Below, piece by piece: positions 29,212-41,053 of a DNA stretch of 64,000 bases. Within the stretch, counting starts at the first letter, position 1, and the number at the start of each line of letters is the position of its first letter. The stretch lies in contig JARRCM010000010.1 in assembly GCA_029982205.1 (NCBI GenBank), positions 2,117 through 66,116 of the forward strand, written 5' to 3'. The notes beneath the pieces are model-generated. The model was not told the DNA's origin. It saw only the letters and a list, made by a program, of their open reading frames with translations, and did no database searches. Origin of the DNA: Thermosediminibacterales bacterium (GTDB taxonomy: Bacteria; Bacillota; Thermosediminibacteria; Koleobacterales; JARRCM01). The position numbers and the translations under genes are program-made.

Positions 29212-30173
29212 TACTCAGTTTTCACCTGCCCGGGCATGGCTTGAACTGATAAAATTGTAATCCATTCGCCCATTTCTTCAGTTTTCAAAATATCGAAACC
29301 GTTCCTCTCTAAAGCTTCCATAACTTCAAACTTTCTATCTTTGATTATCCCTGAAAGTATCAGCTTGGAATGTTCCCGCATGTTTTTAGATACTTGAGAA
29401 ATCAGATTAATAATTGTGTCTGCTATTATATTAGAAACAACAATATCGGCTTTTAAATCCAAACCCTTTACAAGGTCACCTTCAATAATTTTCACTCTAT
29501 CATTTACTCCATTAGTAACCACATTTTTTTTAGCCACTTTTATTGCATTCGGATCTATGTCTATTCCGTACACATCCCCTGCGCCCAGTTTTGCTGCTGC
29601 AATTGAGAGTATACCTGAACCACATCCGATATCAAGCACCACCTCACCATTTGCCACATGTTGTTCTAACATTTTCAGACACATAATAGTGGTCTCATGT
29701 GTTCCGGTACCAAAGGCCATACCGGGGTCAATTTCTATCACTACATCATTCGGTTCAGAATCGTATTCTTCCCAGGTAGGTTTAATAACTATATTTTGTC
29801 CCACTTTAAACGGTTTATAATAGCTTTTCCAGGAACTGGCCCAATCCTCTTCAGAAATTTCCGTAAGTTTTACTTCTCCAAGCCCTTTATCAAGGTTGAA
29901 CTCAGTAAGTTTATCCACTGATTGTTTTATCTCTTGAATTTTTTCCATAAGGGTGCTGTCAGCCGGAAGATAACCTTTAACCAAAACCCCTTCTAAATCC
30001 ATATCTGAAATATTTTCTATTGAGCCCAGGTCTTCTTCTTCCATTTTTATCGGCTTATCTTTGGGATCTTCGATAACAACACCACTTACTCCTGCTTCAT
30101 ATAGAATATTTGCCACAGCTTCAACGGCTTCAGTGGTGGTTTTAATCTCTACTTCTATCCATTTCATAGGCAA
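29211..30173 (-). CDS. prmA: ribosomal protein L11 methyltransferase
   Basis: 320 aa. Motifs GMAFGTGTHETT and SAM-binding DIGCGSGILSIAA. Confidence 0.93.
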   Translation of the reverse strand: MPMKWIEVEIKTTTEAVEAVANILYEAGVSGVVIEDPKDKPIKMEEEDLGSIENISDMDLEGVLVKGYLPADSTLMEKIQEIKQSVDKLTEFNLDKGLGEVKLTEISEEDWASSWKSYYKPFKVGQNIVIKPTWEEYDSEPNDVVIEIDPGMAFGTGTHETTIMCLKMLEQHVANGEVVLDIGCGSGILSIAAAKLGAGDVYGIDIDPNAIKVAKKNVVTNGVNDRVKIIEGDLVKGLDLKADIVVSNIIADTIINLISQVSKNMREHSKLILSGIIKDRKFEVMEALERNGFDILKTEEMGEWITILSVQAMPGQVKTE

Positions 30174-30189
30174 ATCCTCCTAGATGGTT

Positions 30190-31329
30190 TTATACTCCAA
30201 AGGCGTCTTTCATCTTTTCAAAAAATCCTTTATGATGTTGTTTTATCTCTTCACCGCTTATCTCTGCAAACTCCTGCAATATCTTTTTTTGTTTTTCATT
30301 AAGTTTTTTAGGTACTACTACATTCACCTTTACATGTTGATCTCCCCGGCCATAACCTCTTAAATGCGGGATGCCTTTCCCTTTTAATCTAAACTGAGTT
30401 CCCGGTTGTGTACCCTCAGGAATTTTGAGTTTAATCTTCCCGTCTAGGGTTGGAACCTCTAATTCATCACCCAATGCCGCCTGAACAAAACTTATAGGTA
30501 TTTCACATATTATATCATCCCCATGTCGCGTAAAAAACTTATGTGGACGAACCTTTATAAAAATATACAGGTCACCGGGTGAAGCGCCTTTTTCTCCTAT
30601 TTCTCCTTCACCGCTTATTCTTAAACGTGAACCTGTATCCACACCAGCTGGAATTTTAACATGTATCTTCCTTGATTTTCGAATTCTTCCACTGCCATTA
30701 CATCTTGGACAGGGTTCTTTTATTATCCTGCCTTCTCCATGACAGTGGTTGCAGGTTGTTACATTAACAAAACGGCCGAATGGTGTTGTTTGAGAACGCT
30801 GTATTTTACCGGTTCCATTACAAACTGGACATATAACCGGTTCGGTTCCGGGTTTTGCACCACTTCCGCCGCATGTGGGGCATTTTTCCATTCTCGCAAT
30901 CTGGATATCTTTTTCTACGCCAAAAGCAGCTTCTTCAAGGCTGATTTCTAAATCATATCGAATATCAGCACCCCGGCGAGGCCCTGTATTTCTTCTTTCC
31001 CGGCCGAAACCGCCACCGAAAAAAGCATCAAATATATCATCAAAACCAAAGTCACCAAAATCACCAAAACTTTCGAAGCCACCCGGGTCAAATCCTCCCT
31101 GACCGTTTACACCTGCATGACCGAACTGGTCATACCGAGCTCGTTTTTGTGAATCACTCAAAACTTCATAGGCTTCATTTATCTCTTTAAAACGTTCTTC
31201 GGCCTCTTTATCTCCAGGGTTTACATCTGGGTGGTATTTACGAGCAAGTTTCCTGTAAGCTTTCTTTATTTCAGTTTCAGAAGCATCCCTGGAAACTCCT
31301 AATATCTCGTAATAATCACGTTTTGCCAC
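30190..31329 (-). CDS. dnaJ: molecular chaperone DnaJ
   Basis: J-domain with HPD, a G/F-rich linker and four CxxCxGxG zinc-finger repeats. Confidence 0.97.
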   Translation of the reverse strand: MAKRDYYEILGVSRDASETEIKKAYRKLARKYHPDVNPGDKEAEERFKEINEAYEVLSDSQKRARYDQFGHAGVNGQGGFDPGGFESFGDFGDFGFDDIFDAFFGGGFGRERRNTGPRRGADIRYDLEISLEEAAFGVEKDIQIARMEKCPTCGGSGAKPGTEPVICPVCNGTGKIQRSQTTPFGRFVNVTTCNHCHGEGRIIKEPCPRCNGSGRIRKSRKIHVKIPAGVDTGSRLRISGEGEIGEKGASPGDLYIFIKVRPHKFFTRHGDDIICEIPISFVQAALGDELEVPTLDGKIKLKIPEGTQPGTQFRLKGKGIPHLRGYGRGDQHVKVNVVVPKKLNEKQKKILQEFAEISGEEIKQHHKGFFEKMKDAFGV

Positions 31330-31382
31330 TATTCATCACCTTCCAACAAGAAGCCAAAGCCAAAAACTTTGGCTTTGGCTTG

Positions 31383-33230
31383 TTACTGTTCATTTTTTTT
31401 GTTGTCATCCATGACTTCATAGTCAGCATCCACAACATTATCGTCCTTTTTCTCTTTATTATTATCAGTTTGCTGTGTCTGGCTTCCTTGTTGTGGACCT
31501 GCCGGACCATACAGTTTTGAAGATACTTCGTAAAATACTTTTGTTAATTCGTCAGTTGCTTTTTTGATTTCATCAACATCATCTTTTTCAAGGGCTTTTT
31601 TAACTTTGTCTATTTCTGCTCTTACTCTGTCGGCATCAGACTTGCTTACCTTGTCTCCCAGGTCTTTTAAGGTTTTTTCACTTTGATAAATCAATGAATC
31701 GGCCTGGTTTCTTGCCTCCACCTTTTCTTTTTTCTTCTTATCCTCCTCAGCATATTTTTCTGCGTCTTTAATCATCTTCTGAATCTCTTCTTCCGAAAGG
31801 CCACTGGAAGAAGTGATAGTGATTTTCTGTTCTTTTCCGGTTCCTAAATCTTTTGCTGAAACGTGGACTATCCCGTTAACATCGATATCAAAAGTAACCT
31901 CTATCTTCGGAACCCCTCTCGGAGCAGGTGGAATACCTGTAAGCTGGAACCTCCCTAGAGTAGTGTTGTCAGCTGCCATAGGCCTTTCTCCTTGAAGCAC
32001 ATGAATATCTACTGCTGTCTGATTATCCGCAGCAGTTGAGAAAATCTGGCTTTTCGATGTTGGTATAGTGGTATTCCTTTCGATAAGCTTTGTAAACACC
32101 CCGCCGAGGGTTTCAATTCCTAGAGAAAGAGGTGTTACATCAAGCAAAAGAACGTCTTTTACTTCACCTGCTAGAACCCCTGCCTGAATAGCAGCTCCTA
32201 AAGCCACTACTTCATCAGGATTAACTCCTTTGTGAGGTTCTTTACCTATTAGCCTTTTTATAGCCTCCTGAACTGCAGGAATCCTCGTTGAACCTCCAAC
32301 CAATATAACCTTATCTATGTCCTTTGGTTCAAGCCCAGCATCCTCAAGTGCACGCCTTGTTGGGCCCATCGTCATTTCAACCAAATCAGCAGTAAGTTCT
32401 TCGAATTTGGCTCGTGTCAGGGTCATATCGAGGTGTTTTGGGCCGCTGGCATCAGCAGTTATAAAAGGAAGGTTTATGTTTGTTGTAAGAACACTTGAAA
32501 GTTCAATTTTTGCCTTCTCGGCTGCTTCTTTCAACCTCTGCATTGCCATTTTATCACGGCTTAAATCTATTCCGTTTTCTTTTTTAAACTCTTTTATTAA
32601 ATAATCAATTATTCTATTGTCAAAGTCATCACCACCAAGTCGATTGTTTCCACTGGTGGCTTTGACTTCAAACACACCATCTCCAAGTTCCAGGATTGAT
32701 ACGTCAAAGGTACCGCCGCCCAAGTCGAAAACTAAAATAGTATGGTCTTCTCCTTTATCAAGTCCATAAGCCAAAGATGCAGCAGTGGGTTCATTTATGA
32801 TTCTTAAAACCTCTAAACCGGCTATTTTACCGGCGTCTTTTGTGGCCTGGCGCTGACTATCAGTGAAATATGCAGGCACTGTTATAACTGCCTTATCAAC
32901 TTTCTCTCCAAGATAACTTTCCGCATCCTTCTTTAGTTTTTGCAAAATCATTGCCGAAATCTCTTGAGGTGTATATTCTTTATCATCTATTTTAACTTTA
33001 TAATCTGTACCCATGTGACGTTTTATTGATATTACAGTTCTTTCGGGGTTTGTTATTGCCTGGCGTTTAGCCACCTGGCCAACCAATCTTTCTCCGGTTT
33101 TAGAAAATCCTACTACAGAAGGAGTCAGCCGGCTGCCTTCAGCGTTTGGTATTACTACCGGTTCTCCTCCTTCCATTACAGCTACTACAGAGTTTGTTGT
33201 ACCTAAATCTATACCAATTACTTTACCCAT
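31383..33230 (-). CDS. dnaK: molecular chaperone DnaK (Hsp70)
   Basis: 615 aa. Motifs [17 protein letters not shown] and [11 protein letters not shown]. Confidence 0.98.
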   Translation of the reverse strand: MGKVIGIDLGTTNSVVAVMEGGEPVVIPNAEGSRLTPSVVGFSKTGERLVGQVAKRQAITNPERTVISIKRHMGTDYKVKIDDKEYTPQEISAMILQKLKKDAESYLGEKVDKAVITVPAYFTDSQRQATKDAGKIAGLEVLRIINEPTAASLAYGLDKGEDHTILVFDLGGGTFDVSILELGDGVFEVKATSGNNRLGGDDFDNRIIDYLIKEFKKENGIDLSRDKMAMQRLKEAAEKAKIELSSVLTTNINLPFITADASGPKHLDMTLTRAKFEELTADLVEMTMGPTRRALEDAGLEPKDIDKVILVGGSTRIPAVQEAIKRLIGKEPHKGVNPDEVVALGAAIQAGVLAGEVKDVLLLDVTPLSLGIETLGGVFTKLIERNTTIPTSKSQIFSTAADNQTAVDIHVLQGERPMAADNTTLGRFQLTGIPPAPRGVPKIEVTFDIDVNGIVHVSAKDLGTGKEQKITITSSSGLSEEEIQKMIKDAEKYAEEDKKKKEKVEARNQADSLIYQSEKTLKDLGDKVSKSDADRVRAEIDKVKKALEKDDVDEIKKATDELTKVFYEVSSKLYGPAGPQQGSQTQQTDNNKEKKDDNVVDADYEVMDDNKKNEQ

Positions 33231-33250
33231 AAAAATACCTCCTTAAAAAC

Positions 33251-33946
33251 TTATTTTGCTACTTTAACCAAACTGGGTCTTATAACTTTGTTGTTAAGGG
33301 TATACCCTTTTTGTAATACTTCAATAACTGTATTTGAAGGATATTTATCAGTCTCTTCCTGCATTACAGCCTCATGTAACCGCGGATTAAACTCTTTTTC
33401 TTTTGCCTCTATTTCTTTTACTCCATTTTTTTCCATGATGCCTTTGATCTGTTTAAAAATCATATTCAACCCATTTAAAAGCGATTCATTTTCTCCTGTG
33501 CTTTTAGCAGAATCAAGTGCCCTTTCAAAATTATCAACTACAGGGAGCAGCTGAGAAACCAGATCTTCCAGTATGTATAAAGACATTTCTTGACGTTCTT
33601 TAGCCACTCGTTTTTTATAGTTATCAAAATCTGCCTGTAACCTGGCAAATTTATTAATAAGTTCATCCAACTCTCTTTTTTTATCTTCCAACTCTTGTTT
33701 TAAACTGCTTATACTTTCAGTTCCCTCAATCTTTTGCTCATCTCCACCTTCACCTTCAATATCTGATTCTGATTCTTGAACCTGTTCATGTTCACATTGG
33801 TTTTTTTCAACAGTATCAATACTATCCTCTTTTTGTGTTCCCTTTTGAACATCCTCAACTTTTTTTTCTTTTTTTTCACCATGTTCGACTCCAGCAGCTT
33901 CAAATTCATTCTGGCATTCCTTTTTTACCGGGATATCTTTATTCAT
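33251..33946 (-). CDS. grpE: nucleotide exchange factor GrpE
   Basis: 231 aa. Acidic N-terminus, coiled coil (RLQADFDNYKKR) and a C-terminal beta domain (GY.L..KVIRPS.V.V). Confidence 0.94.
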   Translation of the reverse strand: MNKDIPVKKECQNEFEAAGVEHGEKKEKKVEDVQKGTQKEDSIDTVEKNQCEHEQVQESESDIEGEGGDEQKIEGTESISSLKQELEDKKRELDELINKFARLQADFDNYKKRVAKERQEMSLYILEDLVSQLLPVVDNFERALDSAKSTGENESLLNGLNMIFKQIKGIMEKNGVKEIEAKEKEFNPRLHEAVMQEETDKYPSNTVIEVLQKGYTLNNKVIRPSLVKVAK

Positions 33947-33964
33947 TAAACTTCACCTCTTCAA

Positions 33965-35560
33965 TTAAAAATCTATTTCAGGAATAGTTTCTCTCAGTTC
34001 ATGACTTCCGCTTTTTACAGGTGATTTATTATCGTCGCGTTTTTTTATTATTGTATCTATACGCAGGATAGCTTCGGCTATTTCACCAGCAGCCTTTATT
34101 GCATGAAGTTTAACAAGTGTTGGGTCAAAAACTCCCAGTTCTTTCATGTCTGCTATTTCACCAGTATCACAATTAATTCCTATTGAATCAATGTTATTCT
34201 CTATTTGAGCGGAAATCACATCCTCTACCTTCTCAAGAGGATTAAACCCTGCATTTGAAACTATTTGTGCCAGCGGGCGTTTTAGACAAGAAATCACACA
34301 ATCCATCCCATAAGCAGCCATTCCTTTGGTAGTTTTTCTTTCTTTTTCAACTTCCAGTGCCAGTGCAATCTCTATAGAACCGCCTCCTGGTACTACACCA
34401 CCGCGAACAGCTGCCTGAAGTGATGCAGCTGCATCTTTTGCAATTCTCTCCCGTTCTCCCACTACTTCTTCAGTTGCAGCTCCCACCAGTATTGTAGCCA
34501 TAGGTTTGCCTTTACCACCAAGGATTCGGGTTTGCTTTAATTTTTCGTCCTCATAAACCCGATCTGACTTACCGATGTAGTTTTTCATTTCTTCTACCGG
34601 TTTTTTTAATCCTGTTCTTTTTATTATACGTGCGCCGGTATGTTCTGCAACCTTTTCTAAATCCTTAGATAAAACTCTTTGTAATACCATTACACCAGCA
34701 TCTGTTAGGATTTCTTCAGCATCGTCACTAACTCCCCTATCTACAAGTATAACGTTCACTCCAAGTTGAACCAGTTTTTTGAGGTTCTGTTTAAACTCTT
34801 CTTTTAGTTCTAAATAGCGTTTAAACCCTGTTTCGGTACCCATGGCTTCTTCACCGATTCCCTCAGGCTCTAGGGCATCATCAATTATAAGAATCTTAGC
34901 ATCATTGATTTCTTTCGGCATCTGTTTATTTAACGGCTGTTTATCCAAAACTATGCCCATAAAAACTTCATTTTCCGCCCCTTCCAAAGCCGAAACGGTA
35001 TCAGAAAGCTTAAAGCCGGATTCTAACAGTTTTTCTTCACCAATAAGTTTGGCAGCTTCAACAACAAGCTGAGCTATATCTTTATGTTCACGGCCCGCGA
35101 TATAAGCAATCTTCTCAAGAACAACATCTTTTACTCCGTTAATTTTAATGCTTTTCTGTTTAAGTACACGGCATGCCGTATTAATACCCTTTTTTATTCC
35201 TTCAATTACCCTGGCTACAGGTACTCCTCTAACAACCTGACTGACTCCCTCGCTTACAAGACTACCTGACATAATGGTAGCAGTAGTAGTTCCGTCTCCT
35301 ATTTCTTCCTGCTGAGCTTTTGCAATATTTATCAGCATTTTTGCCGCTGGATGGTTCACATCCATTTGTTGCAGAATTGTAACACCATCATTTGTGATAG
35401 TAACTTCTCCAAAACGGTCTACCAGCATTATATCAAGACCTTTAGGACCTATAGTACCTTCTATTGCTGATGAAACCGCCTGTATTGCATTAGAATTTGT
35501 AATCAAAGCTGCAAGTCTTTCATCAACTTCAGAACCGCCGCTTACCTGTTTTAAACTCAA
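33965..35560 (-). CDS. group II (thermosome/CCT-like) chaperonin
   Basis: 531 aa. Motifs [40 protein letters not shown] and VPGGGSIE are hallmarks of archaeal thermosome subunits, not GroEL. TTG start lies 8 nt after GGGAGGG. Confidence 0.85.
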   Translation of the reverse strand: MSLKQVSGGSEVDERLAALITNSNAIQAVSSAIEGTIGPKGLDIMLVDRFGEVTITNDGVTILQQMDVNHPAAKMLINIAKAQQEEIGDGTTTATIMSGSLVSEGVSQVVRGVPVARVIEGIKKGINTACRVLKQKSIKINGVKDVVLEKIAYIAGREHKDIAQLVVEAAKLIGEEKLLESGFKLSDTVSALEGAENEVFMGIVLDKQPLNKQMPKEINDAKILIIDDALEPEGIGEEAMGTETGFKRYLELKEEFKQNLKKLVQLGVNVILVDRGVSDDAEEILTDAGVMVLQRVLSKDLEKVAEHTGARIIKRTGLKKPVEEMKNYIGKSDRVYEDEKLKQTRILGGKGKPMATILVGAATEEVVGERERIAKDAAASLQAAVRGGVVPGGGSIEIALALEVEKERKTTKGMAAYGMDCVISCLKRPLAQIVSNAGFNPLEKVEDVISAQIENNIDSIGINCDTGEIADMKELGVFDPTLVKLHAIKAAGEIAEAILRIDTIIKKRDDNKSPVKSGSHELRETIPEIDF

Positions 35561-35584
35561 TAAACTATCCCTCCCAAAATATAG

Positions 35585-36628
35585 TTAATTGTTCAATATC
35601 TTTGAAATTAGCTGACTCATATTCTCACTCAAAAACCTAACTATAGATACAACCTTTGAATACTCCATTCGAGTAGGGCCCACAACTCCAATACTTCCAA
35701 TAGTTTTACCGTTTATCTTGTAAGTTGTGGTAATAACGCTGCAGTTTTTTATTTCCTGATATTTGTTTTCTGACCCTATAGTTATAACTATATCTTTGCT
35801 CATAAAGCTGTTAGATAAAATCTCACATAAAAGCTCTTTATCTTCTAAAATACTCAAAAAGTTGCGGGCCTTTTCTATATCTCTAAATTCAGGCAGATTA
35901 AAAATATTAGTTGTTCCATATAAGAACAATTTTGAATCAGTATATATTTGCAGATTTTTCAGCAAAAACTCAATGGCCATATCAAAAACATCGCTGCTAA
36001 ATCCTATTATTTCCTTTTTTACATTTGATATTACATCATCGCTGATATCGCCAATGGCTAATCCGCTTAATTTATCATTAATAATGTTTGAAACCCTTTC
36101 AAGGTCGCTTTCAGTGACGTTTTTAGGGAGAGATAGCAGTTTATGTTCCACCAGCCCCGAATTGGTAACAATCACCATTAAAACTCTTTTATTTTCAACA
36201 GGAACCAATTGAAGATGTTTTAATGTGGTCTTTTTTAATTGTGGGCCTAAAGCGACTGAAGTATATCTGGTAATTTGAGATAAAACTTTAGTGGTTTGTT
36301 CAAGAAGTTCCTCTATTCCATTGATCTTTTTATATAGGCTGACATCTTTGATGTTTTTAATTTCTTCCGGAGTGAGTTTTCGTAATTTCATAAGAAAGTC
36401 AACATAAAAACGGTATCCTTTGTCTGAAGGAATTCTCCCTGCGGATGTATGAGGTTGTTCTAAATACCCCATTTCCTCAAGGTCAGACATTTCATTTCTG
36501 ATTGTAGCAGGGCTAATACCTATATTATATTTTCTGGCGATTGTTCGGGAACCAACGGGTTCCGCGGTAATAATAAAATCGTCTATTATCGCTTTGAGAA
36601 TTTTTTGCTTCCTTTCATCTAACATCAT
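35585..36628 (-). CDS. hrcA: heat-inducible transcription repressor HrcA
   Basis: N-terminal wHTH ([25 protein letters not shown]). I place the start at the ATG at 36628, because the ORF-track start 36655 lies inside the CIRCE operator. Confidence 0.93.
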   Translation of the reverse strand: MMLDERKQKILKAIIDDFIITAEPVGSRTIARKYNIGISPATIRNEMSDLEEMGYLEQPHTSAGRIPSDKGYRFYVDFLMKLRKLTPEEIKNIKDVSLYKKINGIEELLEQTTKVLSQITRYTSVALGPQLKKTTLKHLQLVPVENKRVLMVIVTNSGLVEHKLLSLPKNVTESDLERVSNIINDKLSGLAIGDISDDVISNVKKEIIGFSSDVFDMAIEFLLKNLQIYTDSKLFLYGTTNIFNLPEFRDIEKARNFLSILEDKELLCEILSNSFMSKDIVITIGSENKYQEIKNCSVITTTYKINGKTIGSIGVVGPTRMEYSKVVSIVRFLSENMSQLISKILNN

Positions 36629-36648
36629 AAGACTCACCCTTTTTATTG

Positions 36649-36675
36649 TTAGCACTCTCTTATGGAGAGTGCTAA
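36649..36675. promoter_or_regulatory. CIRCE operator (HrcA binding site)
   Basis: TTAGCACTC-N9-GAGTGCTAA is a perfect match to the CIRCE consensus inverted repeat. It lies between the promoter and the hrcA start. Confidence 0.95.
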
Positions 36676-36688
36676 AATATCTATTAAA

Positions 36689-36717
36689 AAAATATCACTT
36701 CACCCGTTTTTTGTCAA
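36689..36717 (-). promoter_or_regulatory. sigma-A type promoter of the hrcA-chaperonin-grpE-dnaK operon
   Basis: Minus strand has TTGACA (36717-36712), a 17 nt spacer, then TATTTT (36694-89), preceded by TG-A. It lies immediately upstream of CIRCE. Confidence 0.65.
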
Positions 36718-36721
36718 GACT

Positions 36722-37864
36722 TCATGGTAAAAATTCCATAAAAACCTCATTAGCCAGATCAAGCCCTCGGGTTGACAATCTTATTCTTTTTCCATCATCA
36801 ATTAAAAGGCCGAGAGACACCAGTTTTTTAATTTCAGCTCCATAAACTTCATCAAGCGTTTTTCCGAATCTATCAAAAAATTTCTTGCGACTTACTCCCT
36901 GAACCAACCTTAAGCTCATAAACATCGTTTCAGCCATTTCCGTAGACAAGTTTATGTTTTCATATTCTTCAACAGGCAGGTTTTTTTTGTTTAACAGCTC
37001 AATGTATTTTTCAGGTGTTTCGGTGTTATAAAACCTTTTTCCATCAATATAAGAATGAGCACCTGCACCCAAACCAAGGTATTCTTTATTTTCCCAGTAT
37101 ATAAGATTATGGCGGCAAGCGTAGCCAGGAAGTGCAAAATTTGAGATTTCATAATGTTTATAACCGTTTTGGATTAAAAGATTAACTGCAGTATGATAAA
37201 ACAACCTCTCCTGGTCTTCATCAGGCAGAATTAGCTGTCCCGATTCATACATTTCATAAAATTTGGTTGACTTTTCAATTTTAAGGCTGTATACGGAAAT
37301 ATGTTCTGGTTTTAAATTTATGACCTTACGAACACATTTGTACACATTTTCAAAGGTCTGTCCAGGGAGACCAATCATCAAATCTACATTTATATTATTA
37401 AAACCAGCTATACGTGCCCAATTAAAGTTGTTCTCAAACTGTTCAAATGTGTGTATCCGACCAAGCTGTTTTAAAATATTGGCATCACATGCTTGCAGCC
37501 CTATGCTCAATCTGTTAACACCTTTTTCGTATAAAAATTTTAACAGCTTTAAACTTAAACTGCCTGGATTTGCTTCAATAGTTATCTCCGCTCCCTCACA
37601 TATATAAAAAACTTGCCGGACATTATCCAGCAAAGTTTCTAAATGTTTTATCCCTAGATAAGTTGGAGTTCCGCCTCCTATATATATGCTTTCAACTTTT
37701 CGCTCCTTAAGCTTAAAAGAATAGAGACACATTTCCGTAGAAAGTGCTTTTATATAACTTCCCATCAATTCTTCTTTCCCGCTGTATGAATTAAAATCAC
37801 AGTAATAACACTTCTTAAGGCAAAAAGGCAGATGAATATAAAGTGCCAATCCATTTTTAATCAA
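36722..37864 (-). CDS. hemW: radical SAM heme chaperone HemW (HemN-like)
   Basis: 380 aa. Radical SAM motif [10 protein letters not shown], and position between lepA and hrcA as in B. subtilis. Confidence 0.9.
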   Translation of the reverse strand: MIKNGLALYIHLPFCLKKCYYCDFNSYSGKEELMGSYIKALSTEMCLYSFKLKERKVESIYIGGGTPTYLGIKHLETLLDNVRQVFYICEGAEITIEANPGSLSLKLLKFLYEKGVNRLSIGLQACDANILKQLGRIHTFEQFENNFNWARIAGFNNINVDLMIGLPGQTFENVYKCVRKVINLKPEHISVYSLKIEKSTKFYEMYESGQLILPDEDQERLFYHTAVNLLIQNGYKHYEISNFALPGYACRHNLIYWENKEYLGLGAGAHSYIDGKRFYNTETPEKYIELLNKKNLPVEEYENINLSTEMAETMFMSLRLVQGVSRKKFFDRFGKTLDEVYGAEIKKLVSLGLLIDDGKRIRLSTRGLDLANEVFMEFLP

Positions 37865-39671
37865 TTTTCAACACCGCCATAAAAGCTTCCTGCGGGACTT
37901 CAACATTGCCCACCTGACGCATTCGTTTTTTTCCTTCTTTCTGCTTTTCTAGAAGTTTTCGTTTTCTGGTGACATCTCCGCCATAACATTTAGCCAGTAC
38001 ATTCTTTTTTAACGCCTTTACTGTTTCTCGAGCGATTATTTTTCCACCAACTGCAGCCTGGATAGGAATCTCAAAAAGGTGGCGGGGAATAGTCTCTTTT
38101 AGTTTCTGAGCAATAGAGCGCCCCCGGGTATAAGCCTTATCTTTATGGACAATAAAAGATAGTGCATCTACAGGTTCTCCGTTTAAAAGGATGTCCAGTT
38201 TAACAAGGTCAGATTTTTTGTAACCTGATAACTCATAATCCAGAGAAGCATATCCTCTGGTTCTTGATTTTAAAAGGTCAAAAAAGTCATATATTATTTC
38301 ACTTAAAGGCATCTCATATTTAATCATAACCCGATTTTCATCCAGGTAACTCATATCCTTAAAAATTCCTCTTTTTTCCTGGCATAGTTCCATGATAGCT
38401 CCCACATGTTCATCCGGTGTCATAATTGATGCCATAACAAAAGGCTCTTTCATCTCTGCTATTTGAGTTTGAGGTGGAAGGTTAGTGGGGTTGTCTACCG
38501 TAATTTCTTCCCCGCTGGTTTTTGTTACTTTATATATTACGCTTGGAGCTGTTGTCACGATATCTAAGTTATATTCCCTTTCTAATCGTTCCTGGATGAT
38601 TTCCATGTGCAAAAGACCTAAAAATCCACATCGAAAACCAAACCCTAAAGCAGCAGATGTTTCGGGTTCAAAACTGAAGGAAGCATCATTAAGCTTCAGT
38701 TTTTCCAGGGCATCTTTAAGGTCATCATAATCAGCTCCATCAGCGGGGTATACCCCGCAAAACACCATAGGAACAACTTTACGGTATCCAGGTAAAGGCT
38801 GAGCTGCAGGGTTTTGGGCATCTGTAATGGTATCTCCTACCCTTGTGTCTTTGACATTCTTTATGCTGGCTGCTATATAACCTACATCTCCGGCAGAAAG
38901 TTCTTCAGTTTCAGTCATGTGTGGTTTAAAAACCCCCACCTCAGCAACCTCGAACACCTTTTCGGTAGCCATCATTTTTATTTTCATTCCTTTTTTTACA
39001 CAGCCTTCTTTAACCCTGATATAAGCAATTACCCCTTTATAAGGGTCATAATGAGAATCAAAAATAAGAGCTTTTAAAGGCTCTCTATATGACCCGGTAG
39101 GAGGCGGTATCCTCTTGACAACAGCCTCAAGTACATCTTTAATTCCTATACCCTCTTTTGCGGAAGTCATTATTGCATCACTTGTATCCAGCCCGATAAT
39201 GTTTTTTATTTCATTCTTGACCCGCTCAGGCTGTGCGCTTGGTAAATCGATTTTATTTATTACGGGAATTATTTCAAGGTCATGCTCTAATGCAAGGTAA
39301 ACATTTGCCATTGTTTGGGCTTCAATCCCCTGGGCTGCATCTACCACAAGCAGAGCTCCTTCACATGCAGCAAGGCTTCGGGAAACTTCATAAGTGAAAT
39401 CCACATGACCGGGGGTATCAATAAGATTTAAGAGATAGTTATTGCCATCATCTGCTGTATAATTTAATCTTACCGCTTTTGCCTTAATGGTAATACCCCT
39501 CTCTCTCTCAAGGTCCATTTTATCTAATACTTGTTCTTCCATTTCCCTTTCTGAGAGGGTTCCGGTATATTCTAATAGTCGGTCAGCAAGGGTAGATTTT
39601 CCGTGGTCTATATGTGCAATAATACAAAAATTCCTTATCCTTTCCTGATTTTTAGTTTCTACTGTCTCCAT
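37857..39671 (-). CDS. lepA: translation elongation factor 4
   Basis: 604 aa. G-domain motifs [17 protein letters not shown] and NKID, plus the LepA C-terminal domain. Confidence 0.97.
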   Translation of the reverse strand: METVETKNQERIRNFCIIAHIDHGKSTLADRLLEYTGTLSEREMEEQVLDKMDLERERGITIKAKAVRLNYTADDGNNYLLNLIDTPGHVDFTYEVSRSLAACEGALLVVDAAQGIEAQTMANVYLALEHDLEIIPVINKIDLPSAQPERVKNEIKNIIGLDTSDAIMTSAKEGIGIKDVLEAVVKRIPPPTGSYREPLKALIFDSHYDPYKGVIAYIRVKEGCVKKGMKIKMMATEKVFEVAEVGVFKPHMTETEELSAGDVGYIAASIKNVKDTRVGDTITDAQNPAAQPLPGYRKVVPMVFCGVYPADGADYDDLKDALEKLKLNDASFSFEPETSAALGFGFRCGFLGLLHMEIIQERLEREYNLDIVTTAPSVIYKVTKTSGEEITVDNPTNLPPQTQIAEMKEPFVMASIMTPDEHVGAIMELCQEKRGIFKDMSYLDENRVMIKYEMPLSEIIYDFFDLLKSRTRGYASLDYELSGYKKSDLVKLDILLNGEPVDALSFIVHKDKAYTRGRSIAQKLKETIPRHLFEIPIQAAVGGKIIARETVKALKKNVLAKCYGGDVTRKRKLLEKQKEGKKRMRQVGNVEVPQEAFMAVLKID

Positions 39672-39781
39672 TGGAAGCTTCCTCCTTCATCCACTACCGA
39701 AAATCTTAATAACAATTATAACCTTTAAGATATCATTATTCAAGATAGTGTAGATAAGGGCCGATAGTGACCTGTTGGCAT

Positions 39782-40978
39782 TTAAGGGCCTTTGCTTTTG
39801 AAACTGTATTCTTTCATAACATCTACTAAACACCTGGCCAGGTATTTAGTAGAGTTTAAAGCCTCATCAAGAGTGTTCCCATAACTCCCAATTTCGACAA
39901 GCAGTGCTTTGTCAAGCAAGTGTTGATTAAACCTCTCTTCCCGGAGGTCAATTTTTCTAGAAAGGCCAGGATACAGTTCATCCATTTTTTCTTTTAAATC
40001 CAAAGCAAACTTATAGTTTTTTCTCCAGTTGGGATGTTCAAAAATACGATCAGTTCCAACCACCATCATTATTCGAGCTGTTTTTTCACCATCTATTTCA
40101 ATAGTAGTTTCTTCCCTGGATTTTACCCTGTCAAGAAATGGCGCGTCTCTATGTATATCTAAAGCTATTTCAATAGAAGGGTATTTTTCTAAATTTTTTT
40201 TTAAACTTTTAAATGAGTTTGTGTAAGACATCATATAAGACGGCATATCATGGACAGTGGTTTCATGAACTGTCTTTATGTTATAGTCATTTTCCAAATG
40301 CTCTTTTAATTTTTTACCAATCCTTATCATGTTGTAATTCGGGTCATCACTGTGGTAAGAAGAATCTATCGGTTTATATGCATAAATTTTGGATGGACTA
40401 TAGGATTCCGTTGTATGTGTATGGTATATTAAAATAAGGGGTTTGTCAGACAAAACAAATTTTTCAGTGGTTTCTTTTGAAACATTTTCATTAGATTTGT
40501 CGTTTTTTTTGATTTCAGGCTTAACAGGTTGGGTTGCCAAACTTGTATAGTTAGGTGTAAATGATTCGGAAACATTCAGCGGAACAAGAGTTTGATTCAG
40601 TTCTATAGTCGAAAACACTGGAATTTGATTTTGGAATATGCTAAAAGGTTTTTGAGGCTCTATACCTGTTAAAATGGAAAAAAGTTTGAAAAGAAATTTA
40701 TTCGTATCCACATCCGGGTCATCTTCCAATACGACTTCCAGAAGAGGAATCCCCTGGCCGAGAATTTTTTGCCAGAATCTAGTTGTTATGCTGATGTTCT
40801 TTTTATTAAGTAGACCAGATTTTGAAGGTTCTTGAAATGTAGACTTCTGTGAAAAAACTGCAACAACTTTCGTTGGTTGTTTTTTTATAAATACAAATGA
40901 TAAAATAAGGCCCAAAAACAACAACAAGCAGATTACATAAAATGTTTTTGTAAGCTTTATTGTTTTAAATTGAATCAC
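39782..40978 (-). CDS. spoIIP: stage II sporulation protein P
   Basis: Amidase-like C-terminal region (ILIYHTHTTESY, ALDIHRD) with an N-terminal TM segment. I place the start at GTG 40978, 6 nt after GGAGGG. The longer ORF-track model runs through the gpr terminator. Confidence 0.88.
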   Translation of the reverse strand: MIQFKTIKLTKTFYVICLLLFLGLILSFVFIKKQPTKVVAVFSQKSTFQEPSKSGLLNKKNISITTRFWQKILGQGIPLLEVVLEDDPDVDTNKFLFKLFSILTGIEPQKPFSIFQNQIPVFSTIELNQTLVPLNVSESFTPNYTSLATQPVKPEIKKNDKSNENVSKETTEKFVLSDKPLILIYHTHTTESYSPSKIYAYKPIDSSYHSDDPNYNMIRIGKKLKEHLENDYNIKTVHETTVHDMPSYMMSYTNSFKSLKKNLEKYPSIEIALDIHRDAPFLDRVKSREETTIEIDGEKTARIMMVVGTDRIFEHPNWRKNYKFALDLKEKMDELYPGLSRKIDLREERFNQHLLDKALLVEIGSYGNTLDEALNSTKYLARCLVDVMKEYSFKSKGP

Positions 40979-41011
40979 CCGGAACCCTCCTCTACTTTTA
41001 GAATATATTCT

Positions 41012-41053
41012 TAAAAATAAAAAAAAATGAGGTTTTTTACACCTCATTTTTTT
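41012..41053 (-). terminator. rho-independent terminator after gpr
   Basis: Minus strand has AAAAAAATGAGGT-GTAAAAA-ACCTCATTTTTTT. The hairpin starts at the gpr stop codon and has a T-rich tail. Confidence 0.75.

Noticed and set aside
36629-36655. N-terminal extension of hrcA in the ORF track (MLTIKRVSL)
   Set aside because: The extension would start inside the CIRCE operator. HrcA proteins begin near M.LDERK, so the ATG at 36628 or 36625 was preferred.
40979-41047. N-terminal extension of spoIIP
   Set aside because: It runs through the gpr terminator hairpin. GTG at 40978 has a GGAGGG SD and is followed by the expected TM segment.
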